Source: Bacteroidota bacterium
GTDB taxonomy: Bacteria; Bacteroidota; Bacteroidia; UKL13-3
DNA length: 64,000 nucleotides
Direction of reading: 5' to 3'
Assembly (NCBI GenBank): GCA_947492885.1
Contig: CANLPK010000003.1
Span: 2,544-66,543 of the forward strand
The translations under genes and the position numbers were made by a program. The notes beneath the pieces are model-generated. The model saw only the letters and a list, made by a program, of their open reading frames with translations, ran no database searches and was not told the origin of the DNA. Below, piece after piece: positions 20,701-29,280 of the stretch. Positions within the stretch are counted from its first letter, which is position 1. Each line of letters begins with the position of its first letter.

Positions 20701-22836
20701 TGGAGAGCCCGATTAAATTTACCTGATACTGCCGGTGGTTATTGGCAACAGCAATCATTCACCTATGTTAAAAATTCTTCAGAAGGATGGAGCCAAAGTC
20801 ACTACCCACAATACGTAGGAATTAAAACTACGGATATGGTGATTGATACGCACTTGAGAAAAATGGACTTCATGCAAGTGAAACGAAAAATCACCGTGCA
20901 AACTACGCGTTATGCGCATTGCGGTTATGGTATTATTCTCGATGGTTATCAAGCAGGTTTGAATGCAGGGGTAACAGGAGGTCAGGCAACGAACTTAATT
21001 GTGATGGAGTTTAATCAGTTTACGCTCGATCCCCAATTAAACTATTTCAAACCAGCCGTTGGATACAATGTAAGCTACATGCAATACAGTACCATCATTC
21101 CTTCTCAAGTCGATTCATTCAAAGCCTATATCAATCGAATTAAAGATGGACAATACGTAGCACTATACACTCGCTACGGCCCTGATATTCCCAATTGGGA
21201 TACGAGTATGTTTAGCACCATCGAGAAATTAGGTTTTGGCGTTACCAAAACTCGTGGCATCAAAGGATACTACACTTCTTATGTAGCGGTGGGACAAAAG
21301 GGGGGGGCTCGCAATGGTTTTATTCCTGTTGAAGATACATTGCATTATGTAGCTGGCTTGCCTGCTGGTTGTTTCATCAATCCGGATAGCTTGAACCCTA
21401 TTTTACAAACTACCACCAACCTCATTGGTAGCGATATTCAAGGTACACTCAACTCAGAGTTAGTTGGCCCCGCGGTTTCATGGAGCACGGCCTATCGACG
21501 GTATAATACCAAGGAAATAAATTCGACCGATACAGTACTCATGGATGTGATGGGAGTAAGTGCCGATAAAACTTCTGAAACACTTTTATTTTCAGTGATG
21601 GGCAACGATTCCATTGCCATCAATAGCATCAATGCTAAAACCTATCCATACCTGCGTTTGGTAGCACATCTACGCGATACTAAATACCATACAGCACCCG
21701 GTTTCTTGGGTTGGCAAGTTCGATATGTAGGCATTGCAGAAGGAACACTCGACCCAACGAATACAAAATATCCATTGGTATTTTCTAAAGATACCATGGT
21801 AGAGGGTGATACCATGAAGGTGAAATTCGCATTTGTAAATATCTCTAGACATCCATTCAAATCGCCCCTGCATATCAACTATACCGTAAGCGATATCAAT
21901 CAAGGTTTCAAGCAAACGGTACAAAGCATCAAGGATAGTATCATCTCACAACTAAATGCTGGTGATACAATGTATATTCAGAAATCATTCAGCACTCAAG
22001 GAATGAATGGAAGTAATATTCTAGATGTATTTGTGAACCCTCAAGAACAACCCGAAGCATCCTACGCTAATAATAGTTTCAATAAATTCTTCTTCATACG
22101 TAACGATCATATTAAACCGATATTAGATGTTACTTTTGATGGTGTACATATTCGCAATAAGGACATTGTTGCCCCCAACCCACTAATATTGATTACCGCC
22201 AAAGACGAGAATAAAACACTCCTACTTAACGATACCTCTAAATTCATTTTGTTGCTTTATCGCCCTGGCGCAAGCAAAGCTGATACCATCTCATTGTCGA
22301 GCCCCGAGGTAACTTTTATCCCTGCTACGAACACTGCTGTGAATAAGGCCGTAGTAGAATATCTGCCTAAAAATCTAGTTGATGGAGTTTATACACTCAA
22401 AGTACAGGCATACGATCGATCAGGTAATATCTCTGGCACCAATGGATATCTTATTTCTTTTGAAGTAATAAATAAGCAAACAGCTACTCGTTTCTATCCA
22501 TATCCAAATCCATTTAGTACTTCAATGCATTTTGTATTTACGATAACCGGAAAAGTTCCTGATGATATCTATATACAAATTACAACAGTCACTGGTAAGG
22601 TAGTTAAAACTGTCACCAAAGATGAATTAGGGTTTATACGTATTGGAACAAATATCACCGAATGGGCCTGGGATGGAACCGATACCTATGGCGATAAATT
22701 AGCCAATGGGGTATATCTCTATCGCGTATTCTTAAAGGAAAATGGCCAAGATGTAGAACTCAATACAGATATTGGATTACTTAAGAATGAGAAATTCTTT
22801 ATTAAAGATATTGGTAAGATTTATCTCTTGAGATAA
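17761..22836 (+). CDS. Giant peptidase C25 (gingipain/PorU-like) family protein with a T9SS-type C-terminal sorting domain
   Basis: Signal peptide. C25-like core LLITHEKF..YLLLMGKG..VPSIGVPSSDHMF. Catalytic-dyad-like FFGHGS (His codon 19672-19674) and VMYLNGCNMG (Cys codon 19762-19764), 30 residues apart. C-terminal FYPYPNPFSTSMHFVF..ITTVTGKVVK..WAWDGTD..GDKLANGVYLYRVFL (from 22492). Confidence 0.8.
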   Translation: MFKKLFTLLILLVSIISHAQQRFGNEWINSTQSYYKITLNKDGIYRINFNALQQASVPISSINPKNFQLFHFGKEQPIYIAGESDGQFNTGDFIEFFGARNDGRSDSLLFKSGEQANPYYSFVSDTAAYFLTWNSTTPGLRVTEYSNTNYNSFIPEPYFLQHSLFYGTYNSLVNDDGYNYGHPINLSDNIYGSEYSMNEGYTGSWVGLSGLAVGTFPLVTDNYYNKGPKPLFSAWLSGLSNATTSGNSSFNHHVQLWLGSNKLYEDSLVFFYNQLLTNISIDTPFTMGATTPLQLKVINDLYVTADWNTIAYADLVYPRTFELGNATSRKYNLKTNQQYVSWSNYSNGSKQWPVVYDIANNVRVTSTLASTNLKIIFPSTTAEKEIYMADTTEINYVGLKPVTMLNVNAASNYAFLIITHEKFLQQANDYKAYNATRYENFNTLVVTSDQLYDAFYYGLHHPVAVRHFCDYVLENATIAPKYLLLMGKGEQTNLLRNPFNYNLDYVPSIGVPSSDHMFTNGLKGSLLFEPSIATGRIACKTTAEAENYLQKLKDYEALPDTTWWKKNVLHLLGGDDLSQAQYIANVMNTNVNIINNPSYGGKVTSFNKNSTSPIDSSLEQKIQNAINQGAGLFTFFGHGSLNETDIKFGDGCQLNNYKKYPVMYLNGCNMGNCNIAYQSSGAFNKCPTSNPGNIASKGEVFILEKDKGAIVWMSQSNTSSLSTLAAQIDSLYILLARDAYGQSLGNIVKQMIIRTQAYNPGSEEMRNHSLQLVYQGDPALRIFSAAKPDFKITSQDLFLFPYNATAVSDSFAVGINITNYGKAINDSIEIKVRRTYGSNVVDYPLTKTTATFRNDTFYYYIKSKDIRTTGTNNFEVWVDPNDKISELNELNNTASLTVYIPGNGVNLITPVPYAIIDSNKIALIAQSSNLFGKTDAEFYFEIDTTPYFNSPQLQQSALIQASHLAQWKANVSAKDSTVYYWRARLNLPDTAGGYWQQQSFTYVKNSSEGWSQSHYPQYVGIKTTDMVIDTHLRKMDFMQVKRKITVQTTRYAHCGYGIILDGYQAGLNAGVTGGQATNLIVMEFNQFTLDPQLNYFKPAVGYNVSYMQYSTIIPSQVDSFKAYINRIKDGQYVALYTRYGPDIPNWDTSMFSTIEKLGFGVTKTRGIKGYYTSYVAVGQKGGARNGFIPVEDTLHYVAGLPAGCFINPDSLNPILQTTTNLIGSDIQGTLNSELVGPAVSWSTAYRRYNTKEINSTDTVLMDVMGVSADKTSETLLFSVMGNDSIAINSINAKTYPYLRLVAHLRDTKYHTAPGFLGWQVRYVGIAEGTLDPTNTKYPLVFSKDTMVEGDTMKVKFAFVNISRHPFKSPLHINYTVSDINQGFKQTVQSIKDSIISQLNAGDTMYIQKSFSTQGMNGSNILDVFVNPQEQPEASYANNSFNKFFFIRNDHIKPILDVTFDGVHIRNKDIVAPNPLILITAKDENKTLLLNDTSKFILLLYRPGASKADTISLSSPEVTFIPATNTAVNKAVVEYLPKNLVDGVYTLKVQAYDRSGNISGTNGYLISFEVINKQTATRFYPYPNPFSTSMHFVFTITGKVPDDIYIQITTVTGKVVKTVTKDELGFIRIGTNITEWAWDGTDTYGDKLANGVYLYRVFLKENGQDVELNTDIGLLKNEKFFIKDIGKIYLLR
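21300..21307 (+). repeat. G8 homopolymer inside the C25 peptidase gene
   Basis: Read directly: aaaag ggggggg ctc; codons AAG GGG GGG GCT (K-G-G-A, about codon 1180). Confidence 0.9.
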
Positions 22837-22876
22837 AATAGAGGATAGGATTCTAACAGTGTTATACTTTTAAAAT

Positions 22877-23851
22877 TTATTTCCAGCCTAGCAATTTTGT
22901 CGCCGCACTTTCTCTCAATGTTTTTTGAGTAGCAGTATTTACTGGATGCTTTTTAACGAATACATTACGAGAAGAAAATACGCCGTAACCATTGATAACA
23001 TTGGTAAATTCAGGCTTTTTCTGTACAATTCCTATGGATGGTTTACTCACATCTAAATACACATTCAAATCGTCGGCAGCACCTGCATAATAAGCATCTA
23101 AAAAAGTCGCTACGCGCTTTATTCCAGGGATCACGGGTATGCTGTTGCCAATAAATGCAATTAAAGCGTCCGACTCTATTATTTGTTCGATATCCTCACC
23201 ACCATTTAAGCTAGATGTAAGTCCGCTACGTTGTACATAATAGTCGATATATTTTTGTGCTGTTAAATTTCCAGTAATCGAATCAAACTCATTGTATTTG
23301 AAACGAAAGAAAATATCATAAGAACGAGCGTTGATTCCGCTTTTAAATGTGGCTCTTATTTTCTTACCGGGCAGTATATCAAAGGTATCACCAGGAGGGC
23401 TGGTTATCTGGTTAGGATTGCCCACCACCACAGTTTCACCATATACCATATTACCGGTGAGTAAATTTTTTATATCCAAACGGTATCGGTGCGCAGATGT
23501 TATAGGGTTGTTAAAGCGATATAGAATATTGAGTTTGTTTTGAAAATAACCACTGTCTTTTATGACCGAAATATCTTTCATTAGAAAATAAATCTGATTG
23601 GTAGTCAAATCGGTAACCTTCACTTCAAGGCTATCAAAATACAAGGAGTCGGGCTTTTGTGCAATGCTAAACGCGGTAGTATTTGTATTTTGAAATGCGC
23701 GTTGTATACGAACATAATGTACCGTATCGTTTCGGTCGAGCAAGCCATACACCACCACAATCTCCTTGTAATTGGCATTGAGTTCAATATCGTTTTTACA
23801 CGATGAGAAAATCCCAACCAACAGAATAAAAATATAGAATAATTTTTTCAT
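22877..23851 (-). CDS. Lipoprotein, unknown function (possibly DUF4249-like)
   Basis: Lipobox LVGIFSSC; N-terminal YKEIVVVYGLLDRNDTVHYVRIQRAF resembles the start of DUF4249 lipoproteins (weak, from memory). Confidence 0.6.
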   Translation of the reverse strand: MKKLFYIFILLVGIFSSCKNDIELNANYKEIVVVYGLLDRNDTVHYVRIQRAFQNTNTTAFSIAQKPDSLYFDSLEVKVTDLTTNQIYFLMKDISVIKDSGYFQNKLNILYRFNNPITSAHRYRLDIKNLLTGNMVYGETVVVGNPNQITSPPGDTFDILPGKKIRATFKSGINARSYDIFFRFKYNEFDSITGNLTAQKYIDYYVQRSGLTSSLNGGEDIEQIIESDALIAFIGNSIPVIPGIKRVATFLDAYYAGAADDLNVYLDVSKPSIGIVQKKPEFTNVINGYGVFSSRNVFVKKHPVNTATQKTLRESAATKLLGWK

Positions 23852-23898
23852 TTAAAGCCCGTGAAAATAAAGAAAAGTAGACTCAATCCAAGGTCAAT

Positions 23899-25734
23899 TT
23901 ACGCCTTCATGCTTTTTAATCGACCTACCTCTGCAGGGGTTAAAAAGCGGCATTCTCCACGCTTTAATCCTTTTTTAGATAGGCTTGCAAATGAAGTACG
24001 ATCGAGCTTCATCACACGGTAGCCAAGGCTTTCAAAGATGCGTCGAACAATACGGTTTTTTCCACTGTGAAGTTGAACCCCAATATTATTCTTATCCATC
24101 CCTTCAATATAGGCAACATCATCTACCTTAATTTCACCATCCTCAAGAGTTAATCCTTCTTTTATTTTAATGAAATCTTCTTGACGCAATTTCTTATCGA
24201 GCTCTGCAGCATATACTTTGGTGATACCAAATTTAGGATGAGTTAATCTTAAGGTTAAGTCACCATCATTAGTTAATATCAATACACCTGTGGTGTTTCT
24301 ATCCAATCGGCCAACAGGGTACACACGAGCACTGGTAAGACGTTCAACCAAACTAGTTACCGTACGGCGTTCTTGAGGATCGTCGGTTGTAGTGATGAAA
24401 TCTTTAGGTTTATTCATCAAGATATATTGCAAACGCTCTTTACGTACGGGCTCATTATTATAACGAACCTCATCAGTTTCTTTATGAACTTTTGCACCCA
24501 ATTCAGTCACTAATTCACCATTAACAGTAATCACACCACTAATAATTAAATCATCAGCTTCTCTTCTGCTACAAATTCCAGCATTGCTTAAATAACGATT
24601 CAAGCGTACGAAATTTGGATCACCATCCTCTTCTTTCGATTTGGTATAAGGTTTTTTATTGCCTGTGCTGATGTTTTTATTATAAGGCCCTTTGGCTGTT
24701 TCGCTATAGCTTTTGCTCTTATATGGTTTGCCATAATCGCGAGCACCACGGCGTTCTTCCGTGTTACGTTCTCCACCTTCTCTTTCAAATTTTGGGCGCG
24801 TATCGAAATCATTCGAAGTACGTTTGGTATAGGTACGTTTCTCAGGTGTAGAAGCGTCTCCGAAACTTTTACGTTCTTCAGGATTTCGGTCTCCACCTTC
24901 TCTTTCAAATTTAGGGCGGGTATCGAAATCGTTTGAGGTACGTTTGGTATAAGGGCGTTTTTCCGCGCCTTCGTTATTGCGGTCGCCATAAGGCTTGCGT
25001 GTGAAAGGTTTATCGCTACTTCCTTCGCTGCGTTTGGCATACGGGCGTTTTTCTACACCATCGTTATTACGGTCGCCATAAGGCTTGCGTGTGAAAGGTT
25101 TATCGCTGCCACCTTCGCTGCGTTTGGCATACGGGCGTTTTTCAGCACCTTCATTATTACGGTCGCCATAAGGCTTGCGTGTGAAAGGTTTATCGCTGCT
25201 ACCTTCGCTGCGTTTGGCATACGGGCGTTTTTCAGCACCTTCATTATTACGGTCGCCATAAGGCTTGCGTGTGAAAGGTTTATCGCTACTTCCTTCGCTG
25301 CGTTTGGCATACGGGCGTTTTTCTACACCATCGTTATTACGGTCGCCGTAAGGCTTGCGTGTAAAAGGTTTGTCGCTGCCACCTTCGCTGCGTTTATTAT
25401 AAGAGCGTTTTTCTACACCATCGTTATTACGGTCGCCATAAGGCTTGCGTGTGAAAGGCTTGTCGCTGCTTCCTTCGCTGCGTTTGCTAAACGTACGATT
25501 GTCGTCGTTATTACGTTCGCCAAAAGGTTTGCGAGTAAAAGGTTTATCGTTACTGCCCTCGGTACGTTTAGTATAAGGGCGCTTTTCGAAGCTGCTTCCT
25601 TCGCCCGAAGAATAACTTCTTTTTGGCGAATCGGTATTGCGTGGAGCAAATGAGCTATTAGATTTTGGGGAAGAAATACGTGTTCTTCCTCCGCTTTTTT
25701 TGTCGTCATCCCGACGAGGTTTGCGTGAGTTCAT
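23899..25734 (-). CDS. rluB: RsuA/RluB-family pseudouridine synthase (S4 + catalytic domain) with ~370-aa repetitive basic N-terminal extension
   Basis: VRLNRYLSNAGICSRREADDLI (S4), GRLDRNTTGVLILTNDGDL (catalytic Asp), KVYAAEL.., CRFLTPAEV. The N-terminus is K/R/S/G/D-rich tandem repeats. Confidence 0.8.
   Translation of the reverse strand: MNSRKPRRDDDKKSGGRTRISSPKSNSSFAPRNTDSPKRSYSSGEGSSFEKRPYTKRTEGSNDKPFTRKPFGERNNDDNRTFSKRSEGSSDKPFTRKPYGDRNNDGVEKRSYNKRSEGGSDKPFTRKPYGDRNNDGVEKRPYAKRSEGSSDKPFTRKPYGDRNNEGAEKRPYAKRSEGSSDKPFTRKPYGDRNNEGAEKRPYAKRSEGGSDKPFTRKPYGDRNNDGVEKRPYAKRSEGSSDKPFTRKPYGDRNNEGAEKRPYTKRTSNDFDTRPKFEREGGDRNPEERKSFGDASTPEKRTYTKRTSNDFDTRPKFEREGGERNTEERRGARDYGKPYKSKSYSETAKGPYNKNISTGNKKPYTKSKEEDGDPNFVRLNRYLSNAGICSRREADDLIISGVITVNGELVTELGAKVHKETDEVRYNNEPVRKERLQYILMNKPKDFITTTDDPQERRTVTSLVERLTSARVYPVGRLDRNTTGVLILTNDGDLTLRLTHPKFGITKVYAAELDKKLRQEDFIKIKEGLTLEDGEIKVDDVAYIEGMDKNNIGVQLHSGKNRIVRRIFESLGYRVMKLDRTSFASLSKKGLKRGECRFLTPAEVGRLKSMKA
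24751..24945 (-). repeat. Second in-frame tandem repeat, 120-bp period, ~1.6 copies (KRTSNDFDTRPKFEREGG[DE]RN.EER...)
   Basis: tctttcaaatttNgggcgNgtatcgaaatc recurs at 24781 and 24901. Confidence 0.8.
24946..25569 (-). repeat. Seven in-frame tandem repeats, 90-bp period (30 aa: KRSEGSSDKPFTRKPYGDRNN[DE]G[VA]EKRPYA)
   Basis: Period confirmed on DNA (cgctgcgtttggcatacgggcgttt recurs every 90 nt, e.g. about 25026, 25116, 25206, 25296). Copies 2-7 are near identical; copy 1 is 28 aa and diverged. Confidence 0.9.
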
Positions 25735-25814
25735 GGCGCGAAGATAGGCAATTTGGAGGAGTTATCCACAATCGATACAGGACGCTGAGGACAAGGGAGT
25801 TAGGACGCGGAATC

Positions 25815-26693
25815 TTAAAATACCATGAAATGTTCGGGATTCACTGCCAAACCATCCTCCCACAATTCGAAATGCAAATGGGCTCCAGTGGTGAGCTCTC
25901 CCGAATTTCCTACAATGGCAATGGCATCTCCGGCTTTTACAAATTCGCCTTCCTTTTTAAATATTACAGCATTGTGCTTATATACCGATACGGTATTATT
26001 ATTATGCTGTAACACTATTACATGACCTGTTTCAGGGTTCCACGATTCGAAAATTACGGTCCCATCCAAGGTGGCTCTCACGGTTTCGTTGGGCTTGGTT
26101 ACAATATCAATAGCATAATGTGCTTCTTGAGCATTGAATTTTTGTGTGATGGTACCTTTTACAGGAGGCAGGTATAAATAACCAGCACTATAGCGCTGTC
26201 CTGGAATATTGGGTGCTGCATTTTCCGAAAGGGTATACTTATCGCCTTTCTCTACCAAATCGCGCATGGCCAGTTCATTGTTTGAAGCTGGTATACTATG
26301 ATTGTCGCCAGTAGGTTTCGTTTGTTGTGGCTGTGGCGGTTTGCTCTCATCAATACTATCCTTAAATACACGTCGTATCGAATTCAATAAATCGTCGCGC
26401 ATCCTAATTTCATTCTCCATCGAATCTATACGTAACATCTGCGATTGCAATTTGTTCTTTACAGTTATATCATTACAACCATTCAAGTATTCTTTCACTG
26501 GGGTGAATGCAATGAGTGCCACGCCCGAAAAAATAAGAAAGACAGTGAGCGAACTCAAAGCAATAAATACATTGAGTCGTGTTAATGAAAACGATGCCTT
26601 TTCTTCAAAGGTGGTATCGTTCATAATCACGATGCGGTAACGCGATCGTACATCGCGAAACAATCGTTTCCAGAATGATCTTTTAATTTCCAT
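25815..26693 (-). CDS. M23-family peptidoglycan metalloendopeptidase, membrane anchored
   Basis: HYAIDIV (HxxxD), GHVIVLQH..VSVYKHN, GNSGELTTGAHLHFELW (HxH); N-terminal TM FIALSSLTVFLIFSGVALIAF. Confidence 0.85.
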   Translation of the reverse strand: MEIKRSFWKRLFRDVRSRYRIVIMNDTTFEEKASFSLTRLNVFIALSSLTVFLIFSGVALIAFTPVKEYLNGCNDITVKNKLQSQMLRIDSMENEIRMRDDLLNSIRRVFKDSIDESKPPQPQQTKPTGDNHSIPASNNELAMRDLVEKGDKYTLSENAAPNIPGQRYSAGYLYLPPVKGTITQKFNAQEAHYAIDIVTKPNETVRATLDGTVIFESWNPETGHVIVLQHNNNTVSVYKHNAVIFKKEGEFVKAGDAIAIVGNSGELTTGAHLHFELWEDGLAVNPEHFMVF

Positions 26694-27291
26694 GGTTCCT
26701 TGATTTATGAATCACGTGGGTATGCAAATCCACTAACTGTGGCAGCACTAAATCGGTATCGTCGTTATAAATGATATAGTCCGAACGTTTAATCTTTTCG
26801 ACATCACTCCATTGCTTATTTATAATTCGCATCACCTCATCACGGGATTTGCCATCTCGCTGAATCACTCTTGCAATGCGGGTTTCAATGGGAGCTACTA
26901 CGCACGCAATAAAATCGAGCGACTTATAACTTTCGCTCTCAAACATTAAGGCCGCCTCTTTCACTACCAACAAGTGACCCTGCTTCTTCATCCTCACACA
27001 CCATTCGTCGAAATGACCAATAATTACAGGATGGGTAATTGCATTTAATTTTTGGAGGGCTTCATGCTTGCCAAATACCAATTTTCGAATCAAGGGCTTA
27101 TTAAGCCCCTTTTGGGTGTATGCTTTAGCGCCAAAATAAGCAATGATATTCCTCCTGATGATGGCATCGGTATCAATGATTTTATTGCCTTCATCATCGG
27201 CATTATAAATGGGAATTTGATGGCGCTCAAAAAAGTGACACACCACACTCTTACCACTGCCAATGCCTCCGGTGATACCAATGCGTAACAT
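26683..27291 (-). CDS. coaE: Dephospho-CoA kinase
   Basis: MLRIGITGGIGSGKSVV P-loop at the N-terminus; size and collinearity are typical of CoaE. Confidence 0.85.
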   Translation of the reverse strand: MLRIGITGGIGSGKSVVCHFFERHQIPIYNADDEGNKIIDTDAIIRRNIIAYFGAKAYTQKGLNKPLIRKLVFGKHEALQKLNAITHPVIIGHFDEWCVRMKKQGHLLVVKEAALMFESESYKSLDFIACVVAPIETRIARVIQRDGKSRDEVMRIINKQWSDVEKIKRSDYIIYNDDTDLVLPQLVDLHTHVIHKSRNHGN

Positions 27292-27329
27292 GAAATTTAT
27301 TTCCCTGTTTTAAAAAACAGGAAAGGGTA

Positions 27330-27656
27330 TTATTTATTTTTAGGATAGGTAACGAGGGTGTTCTCTGAAGAAATGGCTGCACGCTCCAATTTCATCTTCC
27401 CGTTTTCCATTTCTATGGTGATGGTTTTCTCATCCATCTCGGTAATTTTACCATGAATACCGCTAATAGTTACAATACGATCTCCTTTTTGAATATCATC
27501 TTGAAACTTGCGTTGCTCTTTTTGCTTTTTACTTTGTGGACGTATCATGAAAAAGTACATCACAACCACAATACCAATGAGCAAGATAGGTTGCATATAA
27601 GCCGAAATGCCTGATGGCGCTGCAGCCGGTGCCGCTTGAAGAAATAAATTGAACAT
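27330..27656 (-). CDS. yajC: Preprotein translocase subunit YajC
   Basis: Single TM then FFMIRPQSKKQKEQRKF..KGDRIVTISGIHGKI. Confidence 0.85.
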   Translation of the reverse strand: MFNLFLQAAPAAAPSGISAYMQPILLIGIVVVMYFFMIRPQSKKQKEQRKFQDDIQKGDRIVTISGIHGKITEMDEKTITIEMENGKMKLERAAISSENTLVTYPKNK

Positions 27657-27695
27657 AATTATAAAAATAAAACGATAAATGAATTGAATATCTAA

Positions 27696-28166
27696 CTAGG
27701 GCTTTGGAACGACTTTCACAAAACCATGAAATTTAATTTTTCGTACAGCCGGGTCACAGTTGGTAGAAATAGTTACCTCTTTGCCAATCTCATTTTGCTT
27801 TCCATCACTGTCGAATTGTACATCTATATAAGATGATTCTCCCGGGCGAATTGGTTGACGAGGCCAATTAGGAATGGTGCATCCGCAAGAGGCTGTGCAA
27901 TTATTAATGATCAAATCGGCTTTCCCTGTATTGGTAAACTTAAACGAGAAATCAATTTTCTCTCCTTGCTCAATATTCCCAAAATCATGGTCCTCTTCAT
28001 CAAATTTCATCTCAGGCATCTCACCATTTGCATTCCCTCCCGGAGTTGCATTATTATTAATGGTTCCAGTATTCATCTTCTTATTTTTAAAAATAAAATC
28101 ACATTGCGAAAAGAAGAGTATTCCAAAAGCACCGAGAACAAAAAGAAAATATTTCATGGTTGACAA
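27696..28166 (-). CDS. DUF1573 domain protein (exported)
   Basis: FDEEDHDFGNIEQGEKIDFSFKFTNTGKADLIINNCTASCGCTIPNWPRQPIRPGES matches the DUF1573 pattern. Alternative start MKYFLF at 28157. Confidence 0.75.
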   Translation of the reverse strand: MSTMKYFLFVLGAFGILFFSQCDFIFKNKKMNTGTINNNATPGGNANGEMPEMKFDEEDHDFGNIEQGEKIDFSFKFTNTGKADLIINNCTASCGCTIPNWPRQPIRPGESSYIDVQFDSDGKQNEIGKEVTISTNCDPAVRKIKFHGFVKVVPKP

Positions 28167-28257
28167 GCAATTAAAATTAGGGCGAATTTACGAAATTGGA
28201 ACATAGTAAATAACATGTGTTTTAACCAATGTTTGGTGCAACAAGTTAACCTAGCCT

Positions 28258-28509
28258 TTATTTTTCATCTTCATCGGGTTCCTTTTCGCAAGTGAAGAAA
28301 ATAACTATGGCTAAAATGATGAAATTTATAATCACAACAGGCGCCACAGCCTTGAGCTGGTCGGTGCTATTGGTTGTTCCTTCACTTAGCAAATAGAAGG
28401 CTGCCATCACATCAACAAAGCTGACGATATAACAAATCCATCCTGCAATATGAATGGGCTGATAAAAGTATCCGCCTTTCGACTTTTTAAACCAAATTGG
28501 AAATTTCAT
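28258..28509 (-). CDS. Small two-TM membrane protein, unknown function
   Basis: The ATG at 28509 (MKFPIWFKKSKGGYFYQPIHIAGWICYIVSF..) is preferred. The track start at 28614 would overlap truA by ~100 nt. Confidence 0.5.
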   Translation of the reverse strand: MKFPIWFKKSKGGYFYQPIHIAGWICYIVSFVDVMAAFYLLSEGTTNSTDQLKAVAPVVIINFIILAIVIFFTCEKEPDEDEK

Positions 28510-28516
28510 AACAATG

Positions 28517-29263
28517 TTAAAGGGTAAGTTTATGGGTTGGGTATTGTATATCACATAAGAATAAAGCATGCGCAGCCACCGATGCTCCGGCTTTGGTGCG
28601 ATCCTTACTCTCAATTATTTCGTTAAAATTTTCAATGCTAGTCTTTCCGTATCCTACATCCAGCAAGGTTCCTACAATGGCTCTTACCATTCCTCTTAAA
28701 AAACGGTCGGCACTAATATGAAACTTCCAAATACTGTCTTGATATGGCCTCCACTCCGCAATCGTAATCTTGCATCTATCGGTTTTCTGATCACTACCGC
28801 TCTTGCTGAAACTGGTAAAAGTACTATGGTTCAGCAATATACTTGCCGCCTCATTCATAAGTTGGAAGTTGGGTTGATTATAAAGTAATAACGAGTATTT
28901 ATACGTGAAAGGATTGGACACAAAATTTAAAATGTACTCATAGCTTCTGCTTCGGGCATCAAATCGGGCATTGAATGTTTCAGGAACTTGTTGAATTGTG
29001 AGTAGCCGAATATCAGCTGGTAACATAAAATTGGCTCGTAACATAAACCGATCACCAAGTTCATCCTCTGCATCAAATTGCGCAAAATACATACTTGCAT
29101 GCACCCCAGTATCGGTTCTACCACAGCCAACAGTTTCTATTGGCTTATCTAAAATCTCTGTTAGTACCGATTGCAGTTCGCCTTGCACCGAAACAGCATT
29201 CGTCTGTATCTGCCAGCCATGATATGCTGTGCCGTCGTAGGTGAGTTTTAGCAGATAGCGCAT
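28517..29263 (-). CDS. truA: tRNA pseudouridine(38-40) synthase
   Basis: MRYLLKLTYDGTAYHGWQIQ..GCGRTDTGVHA..RFLRGMVRAIVGTL. Confidence 0.9.
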   Translation of the reverse strand: MRYLLKLTYDGTAYHGWQIQTNAVSVQGELQSVLTEILDKPIETVGCGRTDTGVHASMYFAQFDAEDELGDRFMLRANFMLPADIRLLTIQQVPETFNARFDARSRSYEYILNFVSNPFTYKYSLLLYNQPNFQLMNEAASILLNHSTFTSFSKSGSDQKTDRCKITIAEWRPYQDSIWKFHISADRFLRGMVRAIVGTLLDVGYGKTSIENFNEIIESKDRTKAGASVAAHALFLCDIQYPTHKLTL

Positions 29264-29280
29264 CGGTGCTTTTATAATAA

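Noticed and set aside
24946-25569. Periodic 90-bp array as a possible CRISPR or non-coding satellite
   Set aside because: The units are directly abutting with no unique spacers, have no palindromic repeat core, and are in frame with a long CDS.
24600-25709. Three extra minus-strand ORFs (24600-25040, 25053-25310, 25413-25709) overlapping the rluB-like gene in other frames
   Set aside because: They lie entirely inside the 90/120-bp tandem repeats. The periodic sequence happens to lack stops in several frames. Their products (e.g. MPNAAKEVAINLSHASLMAT repeated) are just frame-shifted readings of the same repeat. The frame continuous with the S4 and catalytic domains is the real one.
28510-28614. 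Upstream 35 codons of the small membrane protein ORF
   Set aside because: They overlap the 3' end of truA by ~100 nt on the same strand. The internal ATG at 28509 starts right after the truA stop.
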